This document shows, in pieces, positions 10,513 through 18,978 of a stretch of DNA of 64,000 nucleotides. This DNA is from Minisyncoccia bacterium (GTDB lineage: Bacteria > Patescibacteriota > Minisyncoccia > Phycocordibacterales > UBA918), in the NCBI GenBank assembly GCA_041736805.1, contig JBGSSW010000004.1:51843-115842 (forward strand), written 5' to 3'. The position numbers were made by a program, and so were the translations under genes. Position 1 is the first letter of the stretch. Every line of letters starts with the position of its first letter. The notes under the pieces were generated by a model. It worked only from the letters and a program-made list of their open reading frames with translations, searched no databases and was not told where the DNA came from.

Positions 10513-11535
10513 ATGAAAATTAAACTAACTAAAACATACTTACTTATCGTAGTTTTTATACTCACCAGCACTCCATTTAACTTGACTTTGGCAGCAAACT
10601 TTTCAGTATCTCCTTTAATAATCGATATAGAAACAGAAGCAAGAGATTCACTTTCTAAAACAATAACTTTGACCAGCCAGCAAAACAATTCACTCAGATT
10701 ATTTGCCTCCGTGCATGAAATTACACTTGGAGATGAGAGCGAAATTAAGTCTTTCGTTCCAGCCTCAATGAGTGACAGAACTACCTCTCCGACAAGTTGG
10801 ATACAAGTCAGTCGAGCAAGAATTGACTTAAAAAGTGATGAAAAAAGAGAAATTCCAGTAACGATAAAAATAAATCCTAATACATTACCAGGTCTTTATC
10901 ACGCTTACATTGGTTTTGCTCCTGGCCCCAATCGGGATGTGGCGGAAGCAACAATTTTGGCTGGACAGGGAAGCGGCGTAGTAATCAGAATACTTGTAGG
11001 CGGCAAACAAGAAGAATTTTTAAGACTAGTTTCATTTAGAACCGATCGCTTTAGTTACAAGGATTCTAAAGGAGAAATTGTCTATGTTTTAGAAAATACT
11101 GGTGATGTGCCTTTGTCACCTAAAGGAGATATTATTATATATGACTCGCAAGGAAGAGAACTTACAACTCTAGAGTTGAATCAAGATGAAACCAAAGTCA
11201 TTAATCCAGGCGAAACCTTAGAGTACAGAGAAAATCTTCCTTTTATTAACCATATTGGTAAAAATAAGGCTTTTTTATCACTGGATTACGGAAAAGAAAA
11301 TAGAGCTTCTGTTTATGACACTAATTTTTACTATTCAATCCCATGGTTATATATGCTAGTAATAATGTTATTATTAGCAACGGTTCTTACGGTTTTAATT
11401 ATATTATTCAGACGCAGCACGTCAGAAAGAGAATTAACTGAACCAGAAGCGTATGACTTACCTTTATATGTTAGAGACAACAAGGACCACAGCGAATACG
11501 AACATGATATTGACCTTAAGAAAAAAGATTCTTAA
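10513..11535 (+). CDS. DUF916/WxL-interacting-protein-like membrane protein (two Ig-like domains + C-terminal TM)
   Basis: Signal peptide; VSPLIIDI; IPVTIKINPNTLPGLYHAYIGF; LENTGDVPLSPKGDI; TM IPWLYMLVIMLLL. Confidence 0.65.
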   Translation: MKIKLTKTYLLIVVFILTSTPFNLTLAANFSVSPLIIDIETEARDSLSKTITLTSQQNNSLRLFASVHEITLGDESEIKSFVPASMSDRTTSPTSWIQVSRARIDLKSDEKREIPVTIKINPNTLPGLYHAYIGFAPGPNRDVAEATILAGQGSGVVIRILVGGKQEEFLRLVSFRTDRFSYKDSKGEIVYVLENTGDVPLSPKGDIIIYDSQGRELTTLELNQDETKVINPGETLEYRENLPFINHIGKNKAFLSLDYGKENRASVYDTNFYYSIPWLYMLVIMLLLATVLTVLIILFRRSTSERELTEPEAYDLPLYVRDNKDHSEYEHDIDLKKKDS

Positions 11536-13150
11536 TACCACGTACCTAGTCCTACTGGTTTTACTGATTTCAATTTCATCAACCAGTAATGTTCAAGCGC
11601 AAGAAGCGTTAACCTTAAGTATTTCTCCGTCAATTTTTGACATGTCGGCCAATCCGGGACAAGAATGGCGTAGCTCGATCAGAGTTATCAATGTAAACAA
11701 ATACGAACTAACGGTTTATTTAGATGTTGTGAATTTTTTACCACAAGGGGAAAGTGGAGGCGGTAAATTCATTTCAACTTTAGAAGGAGAACAAAATGGT
11801 TCCACTATTGCCGAATGGTTTACAATCAGTAAGGAACCTGTCACAATTTTACCTGAACAATCGGTAGAGATTCCCTTTTCGGTGAACGTTCCACTTGACT
11901 CAACGCCTGGCGGGCACTTTGCTGCCATTTTGGTTGGGACAAAACCTACGGCCACAGAAAATGGACAATCAAGAGTACAAACATCACAGATGGTGACATC
12001 TCTATTTTTTGCTCGAGTAGCCGGTGATGTTATTGAGTCAGGAACAATACGTGAATTCATTACTACTAAAAAATATTTAAACTCACCTGAAGCAACTTTT
12101 GAACTGCGTTTTGAAAACAAAGGTAATGTCCATTTAAAACCACAAGGCGATATAAGAATTACAAATATGTGGGGAGAAGAAAGGGGAGTTATTCCTATAA
12201 ACCAAAATTCTAATTTCGGAAATGTTCTCCCTGACACAGTTAGAAAATTTATTTTTACCTGGAAAGGTGAATGGTCGATATCTGACATTGGCCGTTACAC
12301 TGCTATAGCAACTTTAGCATATGGTTCAGATGGTAGACAATTTACCAACTCAAGAACAAGTTTCTGGGTAATTCCTTATAAACTTATACTTGGGGTCCTT
12401 CTAGGGTTGGCCATTTTTGTATCTATAGTATCTTGGCTAATACGTTTGTATATTAGACACATGCTTATTATGGCGGGTATAGATGTAAATGAATTTAAAA
12501 ACTCAAAACAGACAAATACTTTAGCAATGCGTTATAGAAAGCATCAAAAAATTAAGTTGCATAGTTCTATAAAAGTAGCCTACACAAATTTACAACAGCA
12601 TGTTTTACAAGCTAAAGGTTTATCAAATAAATATAAAGCCGCTTTTAATTATATTTTCCAGTACAAGTTACTGATAATTGCCATTGTATTAATAGTTGCG
12701 ATGATAATTCTTTTAGTTGTATATGTAATAAATGCTAATACCTCATATCGTAGCTATGAGGTTGCTTATGTAAATTCGGACGAGACTGTTACTCTAACTT
12801 CAGAGGATATTATTTACAATAAATTAATAGTCGAAAGGGGATTGCAAGAAGTTGAAATCAATCCGAACTTACCAAAGTTAAAAATTATTAATCGAAGCGG
12901 AAAACCGGGAGTAGGAGCTGAGACAAGAATAAAGTTAGAAACTAAAGGGTATCAAGTAATTAGCTTAGCGGCCGACTTTAGTTCCCCTCAAGTTAGAACG
13001 GTAATAGTTTATCCAACTGATGATGAAAAAGAGGCTTTGAAATTAAGCCCTAGAATAGGAAATGCTCTACTTTCAGTTGATACTGAGCCAAGTAATTCAG
13101 AAGTAAATACAATTACAATCTATATTGGAAGTGATATGGCAACGAATTAG
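11504..13150 (+). CDS. Second DUF916/WxLIP-like protein with two TMs and a C-terminal LytR_C-like domain
   Basis: ISPSIFD; IPFSVNVPLDSTPGGHFAAILV; FENKGNVHLKPQGDI; LytR_C signature KIINRSGKPGVG...ITIYIGSD; start 11504 preferred over 11453. Confidence 0.7.
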   Translation: MILTLRKKILNTTYLVLLVLLISISSTSNVQAQEALTLSISPSIFDMSANPGQEWRSSIRVINVNKYELTVYLDVVNFLPQGESGGGKFISTLEGEQNGSTIAEWFTISKEPVTILPEQSVEIPFSVNVPLDSTPGGHFAAILVGTKPTATENGQSRVQTSQMVTSLFFARVAGDVIESGTIREFITTKKYLNSPEATFELRFENKGNVHLKPQGDIRITNMWGEERGVIPINQNSNFGNVLPDTVRKFIFTWKGEWSISDIGRYTAIATLAYGSDGRQFTNSRTSFWVIPYKLILGVLLGLAIFVSIVSWLIRLYIRHMLIMAGIDVNEFKNSKQTNTLAMRYRKHQKIKLHSSIKVAYTNLQQHVLQAKGLSNKYKAAFNYIFQYKLLIIAIVLIVAMIILLVVYVINANTSYRSYEVAYVNSDETVTLTSEDIIYNKLIVERGLQEVEINPNLPKLKIINRSGKPGVGAETRIKLETKGYQVISLAADFSSPQVRTVIVYPTDDEKEALKLSPRIGNALLSVDTEPSNSEVNTITIYIGSDMATN

Positions 13151-13196
13151 GTGTATAATTATTAGACAACTTAACTTACAATTTTAAATTTAAACT

Positions 13197-13667
13197 ATGG
13201 ATAAAAAGTCAATTGGTCTGGTAATTACACTGTTTATATTAGTTGTTTTAGGTATGTTTATTTTTGCTTATCTAAAAAAAGCTGAAGTGACAAATGAAGC
13301 ACCCTTAGTTGAAGAAAGAGTTCTCCCTTACGCCGACATTACTATGATTGATTCAAAACACTATTTTATAGATGGCGTTCACACTTTTGTTGGCGAGATT
13401 GTTATGCCGACACCTTGTGATCTACTGGAAGTAACTTCCAGTGTAGCTGAGTCATATCCAGAACAAATTAAATTAGATTTCAATGTAATTAACAATTCAG
13501 ATGCGTGTGCCCAAATTTTAACTGCCCAGAGATTTAGTGTTACAGCAATTGCTTCCGAAAATGCTCAGGTGTCCGCAACTTTTATGGGTAGAAACATAAA
13601 TTTAAATCTTATTCCAGCCGGAGAAGATGAAACGCCAGATGAGTTTGAACTTTATATCAAAGGATAA
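13197..13667 (+). CDS. Hypothetical membrane-anchored protein
   Basis: N-terminal TM; PTPC...CAQILT cysteine pair. Confidence 0.65.
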   Translation: MDKKSIGLVITLFILVVLGMFIFAYLKKAEVTNEAPLVEERVLPYADITMIDSKHYFIDGVHTFVGEIVMPTPCDLLEVTSSVAESYPEQIKLDFNVINNSDACAQILTAQRFSVTAIASENAQVSATFMGRNINLNLIPAGEDETPDEFELYIKG

Positions 13668-13678
13668 CAATCGTAGTA

Positions 13679-14224
13679 ATGATAAAACATAATTTAAAAG
13701 TTATATTTGTATTGATCTTTGTCTTGATAATTGCTTTGTCACTAACTATTTGGCTTAAAAATCAAAATAGCCAAGAAATACTTAAAGATACAGTAGCGAC
13801 ATTTTCAAACGAACCAGGTGAATTACCTTACACAGATTTAGTTGGCAATCCTGTTTCACTTGATAAGTATTTAGGCAAAGTACTTGTTGTCCAAACTTGG
13901 GCTAGTTGGTCCCCGTTTACACAAACTGATATGGAAGTACTTGATGAACTAGCGAAACCATACTCTCCTGAAAAAGTGGTATTTTTAGCAATTAATCGCA
14001 AAGAAACAAAGGAACAAGCAATGCGCTATCTAAGTACAGTCCCAAATATTGTTAATGTTGTTATTATTCTTGATCCAAGAGACAGGTTTTATTCTGCCGT
14101 TGGTGGTTATGCCATGCCAGAAACAGTTATATACAACCAGAAAGGTGAAATAGTAAGACATCTCAGAGGTCAAGCGTCAGCAGAAGAAATAAGTACAACT
14201 TTAAACGAAATAACTATTAATTAA
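13679..14224 (+). CDS. TlpA/ResA-like thioredoxin-fold membrane protein lacking the CxxC cysteines
   Basis: DLVGNPVSLDKYLGKVLVVQTWASWSPFT; cis-Pro motif AMPET. Confidence 0.8.
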   Translation: MIKHNLKVIFVLIFVLIIALSLTIWLKNQNSQEILKDTVATFSNEPGELPYTDLVGNPVSLDKYLGKVLVVQTWASWSPFTQTDMEVLDELAKPYSPEKVVFLAINRKETKEQAMRYLSTVPNIVNVVIILDPRDRFYSAVGGYAMPETVIYNQKGEIVRHLRGQASAEEISTTLNEITIN

Positions 14225-14298
14225 ACTATTGTTTGAGTGCTATAGGTTGGGTATATTACCTAGATCTTTCTGGGTTTACTTGTTATAGTTAAGGCAAT

Positions 14299-15339
14299 AT
14301 GACTATCAGTCGAATTGTTGAATACGTTTTCTTTTTTCTTTTGTTAGTCGGTTCTGGCTACTTGGTATGGAAGGTTCTTTCACCATTTATTGGGGCCCTA
14401 GCGCTTTCCATAGTTATTGTAACTATTTGCTACCCTCTTTACGAAAAGTTTTTAAAAATTTCCTACAAGAAAAGTCCTACAATCGCCGCTGGATTAAGTA
14501 CTTTGACTGTAGTTTGTGTCGTCGTTCTTCCCCTAGTGCTAATTTCTTCATTATTTGTAAAGGAATTGGCCAGTTTTTACCAGACGCTAAATACTGGACA
14601 GGAACTTGCAATAGAAAAGTACATTTTAAACATAGAGCCTGCAATTCAAAAATATATACCATCTTTTCAAATTAACTTTACTGACCAAATAAGACAAGGT
14701 GCTGAATGGTTAGTTAAAAATATTGGGGCCATCTTCGCCGGTACAGTTTCGACAATATTTATAATTTTTGTATCGCTAATTGGTTCATTTTACTTTTTTA
14801 AAGATGGTCGTGAGTTTGTTAAGTTGGCAATAAAAGTCAGTCCATTACCTGACCGAGAAGATGAATTAATTATATCTCGTTTGGCACGAGCAGTTAGGAC
14901 TGTGGCGACTGGAGTAGTATTAGTATCACTTATTCAAGGTACTTTAGCAGCTATTGGATTTGCCATATTCGGTGTAGAAAGGGCTGTGCTTTGGGGAGCA
15001 GTAGGAGCTATACTTTCCTTAATTCCAGGTCTAGGGACAATTACTGTTATGATTCCTGGAATTATATACCTATTTTTTACAAGTACTCTTTTTAATACAA
15101 TTGGCTTAGCTATTTGGACCATACTCATTGTCATTTTCGTTGACAATATTTTATCACCAAAATTAATGAGTCGAGGCAATAATCTTCATCCTTTCATCAT
15201 GCTTATATCTGTTTTGGGAGGAGTATCAGCCTTTGGTCCAATTGGGTTTATTATTGGCCCGGTAATAGTTACTCTTTTTGTTGTATTACTAGAAGTTTAC
15301 AATCAGTATATAGTTAAGGCTAAGAAACAAGACCGTTAG
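14299..15339 (+). CDS. AI-2E family transporter
   Basis: Multi-TM; SFYFFKDG, LIQGTLAAIGF, VDNILSPKLM, LHPFIMLISVLGG...FGPIGFIIGP. Confidence 0.9.
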   Translation: MTISRIVEYVFFFLLLVGSGYLVWKVLSPFIGALALSIVIVTICYPLYEKFLKISYKKSPTIAAGLSTLTVVCVVVLPLVLISSLFVKELASFYQTLNTGQELAIEKYILNIEPAIQKYIPSFQINFTDQIRQGAEWLVKNIGAIFAGTVSTIFIIFVSLIGSFYFFKDGREFVKLAIKVSPLPDREDELIISRLARAVRTVATGVVLVSLIQGTLAAIGFAIFGVERAVLWGAVGAILSLIPGLGTITVMIPGIIYLFFTSTLFNTIGLAIWTILIVIFVDNILSPKLMSRGNNLHPFIMLISVLGGVSAFGPIGFIIGPVIVTLFVVLLEVYNQYIVKAKKQDR

Positions 15340-15340
15340 T

Positions 15341-15766
15341 ATGATAGCCAAAAAAGACATTGAGACCATTCTTAAAATAAATGGAGTTTCACCGACTGCT
15401 GCAGACGAAGAAATTCGCTCGGTTTTAATGAGCGCGAAATACGATAATGATGAAATTAACACTGCCATTATGGTACTTAGAGAAAACTCTTCCACTCATG
15501 TGACAAGAGTCAGTAGTTTGCATAAAATTTTTACTAGTGATTCTTCACTAAAACCAAGTGAAATTTCTTCATTATTGGGAATTAATGTCGATATTGAAGA
15601 ATTAAAATTTAGAAGAAGTCGCTCACAGGGCCGAGATTTGACAAAAATTCAGATGCTAATAATTGTAACGATTACTATAATTCTAGCACTCTCGGGCACT
15701 TTTTTTGCAATGTACTACAATAAAGTAGGTATATTTCACGCAAGCGCCTCTACCTTTACACGCTAG
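15341..15766 (+). CDS. Hypothetical protein with C-terminal TM
   Basis: 141-aa ORF tightly packed in an operon. Confidence 0.65.
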   Translation: MIAKKDIETILKINGVSPTAADEEIRSVLMSAKYDNDEINTAIMVLRENSSTHVTRVSSLHKIFTSDSSLKPSEISSLLGINVDIEELKFRRSRSQGRDLTKIQMLIIVTITIILALSGTFFAMYYNKVGIFHASASTFTR

Positions 15767-15771
15767 GATTC

Positions 15772-16899
15772 ATGAAAAAGCCGTTAATCATCCTTTTTGA
15801 AATATTAGGCCTTGCGTTAGTGTTTTCACTGGTTTACTTTTACCTTTCAAGTTCAATTTATTCTATAGCAGCTAAAAATAACGTTGTGTTAATGCCAAAT
15901 TTCGAATTTGGAAATATAGACTCAAGGTTTGTAAATAATGAATCAAATGATGAAGCCAGTAAGAATTCCATCTTTTTTGTTGGTGATATTATGCTCACTC
16001 GAGATGTGGAAGAATACGTCTTAGATAATGGGTTTGATTATCCGTATCGGAAGTTGAGTTTTATAGATCAAAATTCATACGTAATAGCAAATTTTGAAGC
16101 TTCGATTCCTATTCGACATGTTCATGTTCCAGTAAATACTTTTAAGTTTTCAGTAAACCCAGACTTTATTCCAGCACTAAAATCAGCAGGCTTCACGCAT
16201 CTTTCTTTAGCAAATAATCACTCTTTCGACTTTGGATTGTCTGGATATAACAATACCGTAACAACACTTTGGAATAATGATATCGTGCCTTTTGGACACC
16301 CATCTATATTAGCTTCGACCTCTGTTTCTTTCTTAAATCTCAGTGGTGGTCTTACGGCGTCAATAATTGCTATTCATACACTCTATGTAGAACCCACAGA
16401 ACTAAAAATTAGAGAAATACTAAATTACGCAAGTGAGAATAGTGATGTGCAAATTGTTTTTATACATTGGGGTGAGGAATATAAAGATATTCAAATTAAT
16501 CAGCAACGTAAATTTGCAACCATATTAGCAAATGCCGGAGCTGATGTAGTAATTGGACACCATCCGCATGTTACTCAAGGAATTGAACTTATAGACAATA
16601 CAATTGTTTTCTACTCTCTCGGGAATTTCATTTTTGATCAGTACTTCTCTGATAATGTACAAAATGGTTTAGTTTTGAAATTAGGTTTAAAAAACCATTT
16701 AGAAATAGGCCTATTGCCATTTACTAGCTTAGTAAATAGAGCTCAACCTGAACCAATGGTTGCCGAGAAAAGAACTGAATTTTTAAGTGCTTTAGCCGAA
16801 AAAAGTACCTTAAGTTTAAGTGAGCAGATAAAATCCGGCAATATTTTTCTAAGTTTTGCTATTGCAACTTCTGCAGAAGAAGTTATTATGACTGAATAA
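15772..16899 (+). CDS. CapA/PgsA-family metallophosphoesterase
   Basis: [38 protein letters not shown]. Confidence 0.9.
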   Translation: MKKPLIILFEILGLALVFSLVYFYLSSSIYSIAAKNNVVLMPNFEFGNIDSRFVNNESNDEASKNSIFFVGDIMLTRDVEEYVLDNGFDYPYRKLSFIDQNSYVIANFEASIPIRHVHVPVNTFKFSVNPDFIPALKSAGFTHLSLANNHSFDFGLSGYNNTVTTLWNNDIVPFGHPSILASTSVSFLNLSGGLTASIIAIHTLYVEPTELKIREILNYASENSDVQIVFIHWGEEYKDIQINQQRKFATILANAGADVVIGHHPHVTQGIELIDNTIVFYSLGNFIFDQYFSDNVQNGLVLKLGLKNHLEIGLLPFTSLVNRAQPEPMVAEKRTEFLSALAEKSTLSLSEQIKSGNIFLSFAIATSAEEVIMTE

Positions 16900-16909
16900 A
16901 TTTAAATAT

Positions 16910-17455
16910 ATGTTGAGTAAATTTGAAATTGTTTGTATTGGATTAAGTGTGTTATCGATGGCAGCAGCGCTGTATCTGGTAAGAATTGAAACCTCTTTCC
17001 TCGCTCTAACTCCAGCATCAACCCAAACAGCCCAATTAAACAATAATGGAATTATTGTAGTGGCAGACGGAGGTGATGTTAATAATCAAAGGACTGATGC
17101 ACTACAAAATGCAGCAGACGAGAAAGGTAATCTTAAAAGACTTGTGATAGAAGATATTCGTGTAGGTGAAGGGACTGAAGTGGCAAACGGGGACACCGTA
17201 GTGGTACATTACATTGGAACTTTGCAGAATGGAGTAGAGTTTGATAATTCAAACAAAAGAGGGGAACCCTTTACTTTTACCGTAGGAAAGGGCCAGGTAA
17301 TTAAGGGTTGGGAGCAAGGCCTTGTTGGTATGAAAATAGGTGGGCAAAGAATATTAGTTGTACCGCCTGACTTAGCCTACGGCAGTACGAGTATAGGACC
17401 AATTCCTGCTAATTCTACCCTCGTTTTTGTTATTGAATTACTTGAAATAAGATAA
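16910..17455 (+). CDS. FKBP-type peptidyl-prolyl cis-trans isomerase with N-terminal membrane anchor
   Basis: [52 protein letters not shown]. Confidence 0.95.
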   Translation: MLSKFEIVCIGLSVLSMAAALYLVRIETSFLALTPASTQTAQLNNNGIIVVADGGDVNNQRTDALQNAADEKGNLKRLVIEDIRVGEGTEVANGDTVVVHYIGTLQNGVEFDNSNKRGEPFTFTVGKGQVIKGWEQGLVGMKIGGQRILVVPPDLAYGSTSIGPIPANSTLVFVIELLEIR

Positions 17456-17467
17456 GCAAGTATGTGC

Positions 17468-17504
17468 AATAAATAAAACCTGCTTAGTGCAGGTTTTATT
17501 TATT
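17468..17504. terminator. Intrinsic terminator (A/T-flanked hairpin)
   Basis: aataaataaaacctgc-ttagt-gcaggttttatttatt. Confidence 0.75.
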
Positions 17505-17547
17505 TAAATCAAAGTAATTTGCTACACTTAATTTATACTTTTACTTT

Positions 17548-18786
17548 ATGTCAGAGCCCGTTACATTTACAATAAAGAAAAAATTATCAAACTCTCTGGC
17601 GCGAGTGGGAACTATCCATACCCCTCATGGTGATATTGAAACCCCAGCCTTTGTCACGGTAGGTACTAAAGGTACCATAAAGGGAGTAATGTCAGAGGAA
17701 ATGGAAAAGTACGTTGGTAATCAAGTAGCTTTAGCGAATACTTACCATCTATTTCTTCAGCCTGGTCACGAAGTTATTAAAGCCTCTGGAGGATTACATG
17801 AATTTGCTAATTGGCATTTGCCGACGATGACTGATTCTGGTGGATTTCAAGTTTTTTCACTAGGAGCCGCCTTTGGTAAAGGAGTTACAAAGTTCGCTAA
17901 AGGTGAAGCGGATGAAGAAGTGCTTAAACAACATCATGGTCTCAGTGTCTACTCACAAGAATTTGCTAGTGAACACGGCAAACTTTGTATTATTGATGAA
18001 GAAGGGGTGACTTTTACTTCACATATTGACGGCTCGATGCATCGCTTTACGGCAGAACGTTCGATTGAAATTCAGCAGGCGATAGGAGCTGATATTATTA
18101 TTGCTTTTGATGAATGTACTAGTCCAACAGCGGATTACCAGTATCAAAAAGAAGCTATGGACCGGACACATCGCTGGGCTAAACGTAGCGTAATGGCACA
18201 CAAGCAAAACTATGAAGCCATCAAGAAGCAGGGGCTTTACGGAGTAGTACAAGGTGGACGTTATACTGATTTGCGCCAAGAGAGCTCTAAAACTTTAGCT
18301 GCGATGGATTTTGCTGGCTTTGGCATCGGGGGTTCATTTTCCAAAGAGGATTTAGGTGACTCTCTAAAGGTGGTAAATGAAATTTTGCCTGAGGATAAAC
18401 CGCGACACTTACTGGGAATTGGGGAACCCGAAGATATTGTTGAAGGAATATTGCAAGGTTGTGATACCTTCGACTGCGTCGCTCCCACTAGGATAGGAAG
18501 GACTGGCACTATCTATGTTTATACCGGTAGGACTGTCACCAGTAAGTGTGGACGAATAGCATATCCAGAAACAACTAAAATAAATTTAAATAACGAAAAA
18601 TACAAAAACGACCACTCGCTACTAGATCCGTTTTCTGAAGGCCATGTTGCCACGACCTACACCAAAGCCTACCTTTCACATTTATTTCGAGCCAAAGAAA
18701 TGCTTGGACCGCAATTGGCTTCAATTCACAACCTACATTTTATTGTCAGTTTTACTAAGAAATTACGAGATCAATTATTAAAATAG
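17548..18786 (+). CDS. tgt: tRNA-guanine transglycosylase
   Basis: TPAFVTVGT, LANTYHL, TDSGGFQVFSL, FDEC, VQGG, KPRHLLGIG, DTFDCVAPTR. Confidence 0.95.
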   Translation: MSEPVTFTIKKKLSNSLARVGTIHTPHGDIETPAFVTVGTKGTIKGVMSEEMEKYVGNQVALANTYHLFLQPGHEVIKASGGLHEFANWHLPTMTDSGGFQVFSLGAAFGKGVTKFAKGEADEEVLKQHHGLSVYSQEFASEHGKLCIIDEEGVTFTSHIDGSMHRFTAERSIEIQQAIGADIIIAFDECTSPTADYQYQKEAMDRTHRWAKRSVMAHKQNYEAIKKQGLYGVVQGGRYTDLRQESSKTLAAMDFAGFGIGGSFSKEDLGDSLKVVNEILPEDKPRHLLGIGEPEDIVEGILQGCDTFDCVAPTRIGRTGTIYVYTGRTVTSKCGRIAYPETTKINLNNEKYKNDHSLLDPFSEGHVATTYTKAYLSHLFRAKEMLGPQLASIHNLHFIVSFTKKLRDQLLK

Positions 18787-18788
18787 AA

Positions 18789-18921
18789 ACTCTCCGGAAC
18801 TCGTTGAGTTAACCGGCGAGGTGGGTGACAACCAGAAGGGGACAAGTGCGTCGTGCACGGACGACTACACACGGAGGGACGGAATTCTCCACTGGCTATC
18901 AGGTAAATCCATTAATAGAGT
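18789..18921. ncRNA. Candidate structured ncRNA or palindromic element (long irregular rod), identity unknown
   Basis: GC-rich island in an AT-rich intergenic; nested pairings actct/agagt, tgacaaccag/ctggctatca, gggga/tctcc, gtcgt/acgac. Confidence 0.45.
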
Positions 18922-18978
18922 AGCATAAAGATCTTCTTTATCAACTATTATAAGAGTGCTATATTTAAACAATATTTT

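Noticed and set aside
15772-16899. Poly-gamma-glutamate capsule operon
   Set aside because: Only the widespread CapA-like phosphoesterase is present; no capB/capC
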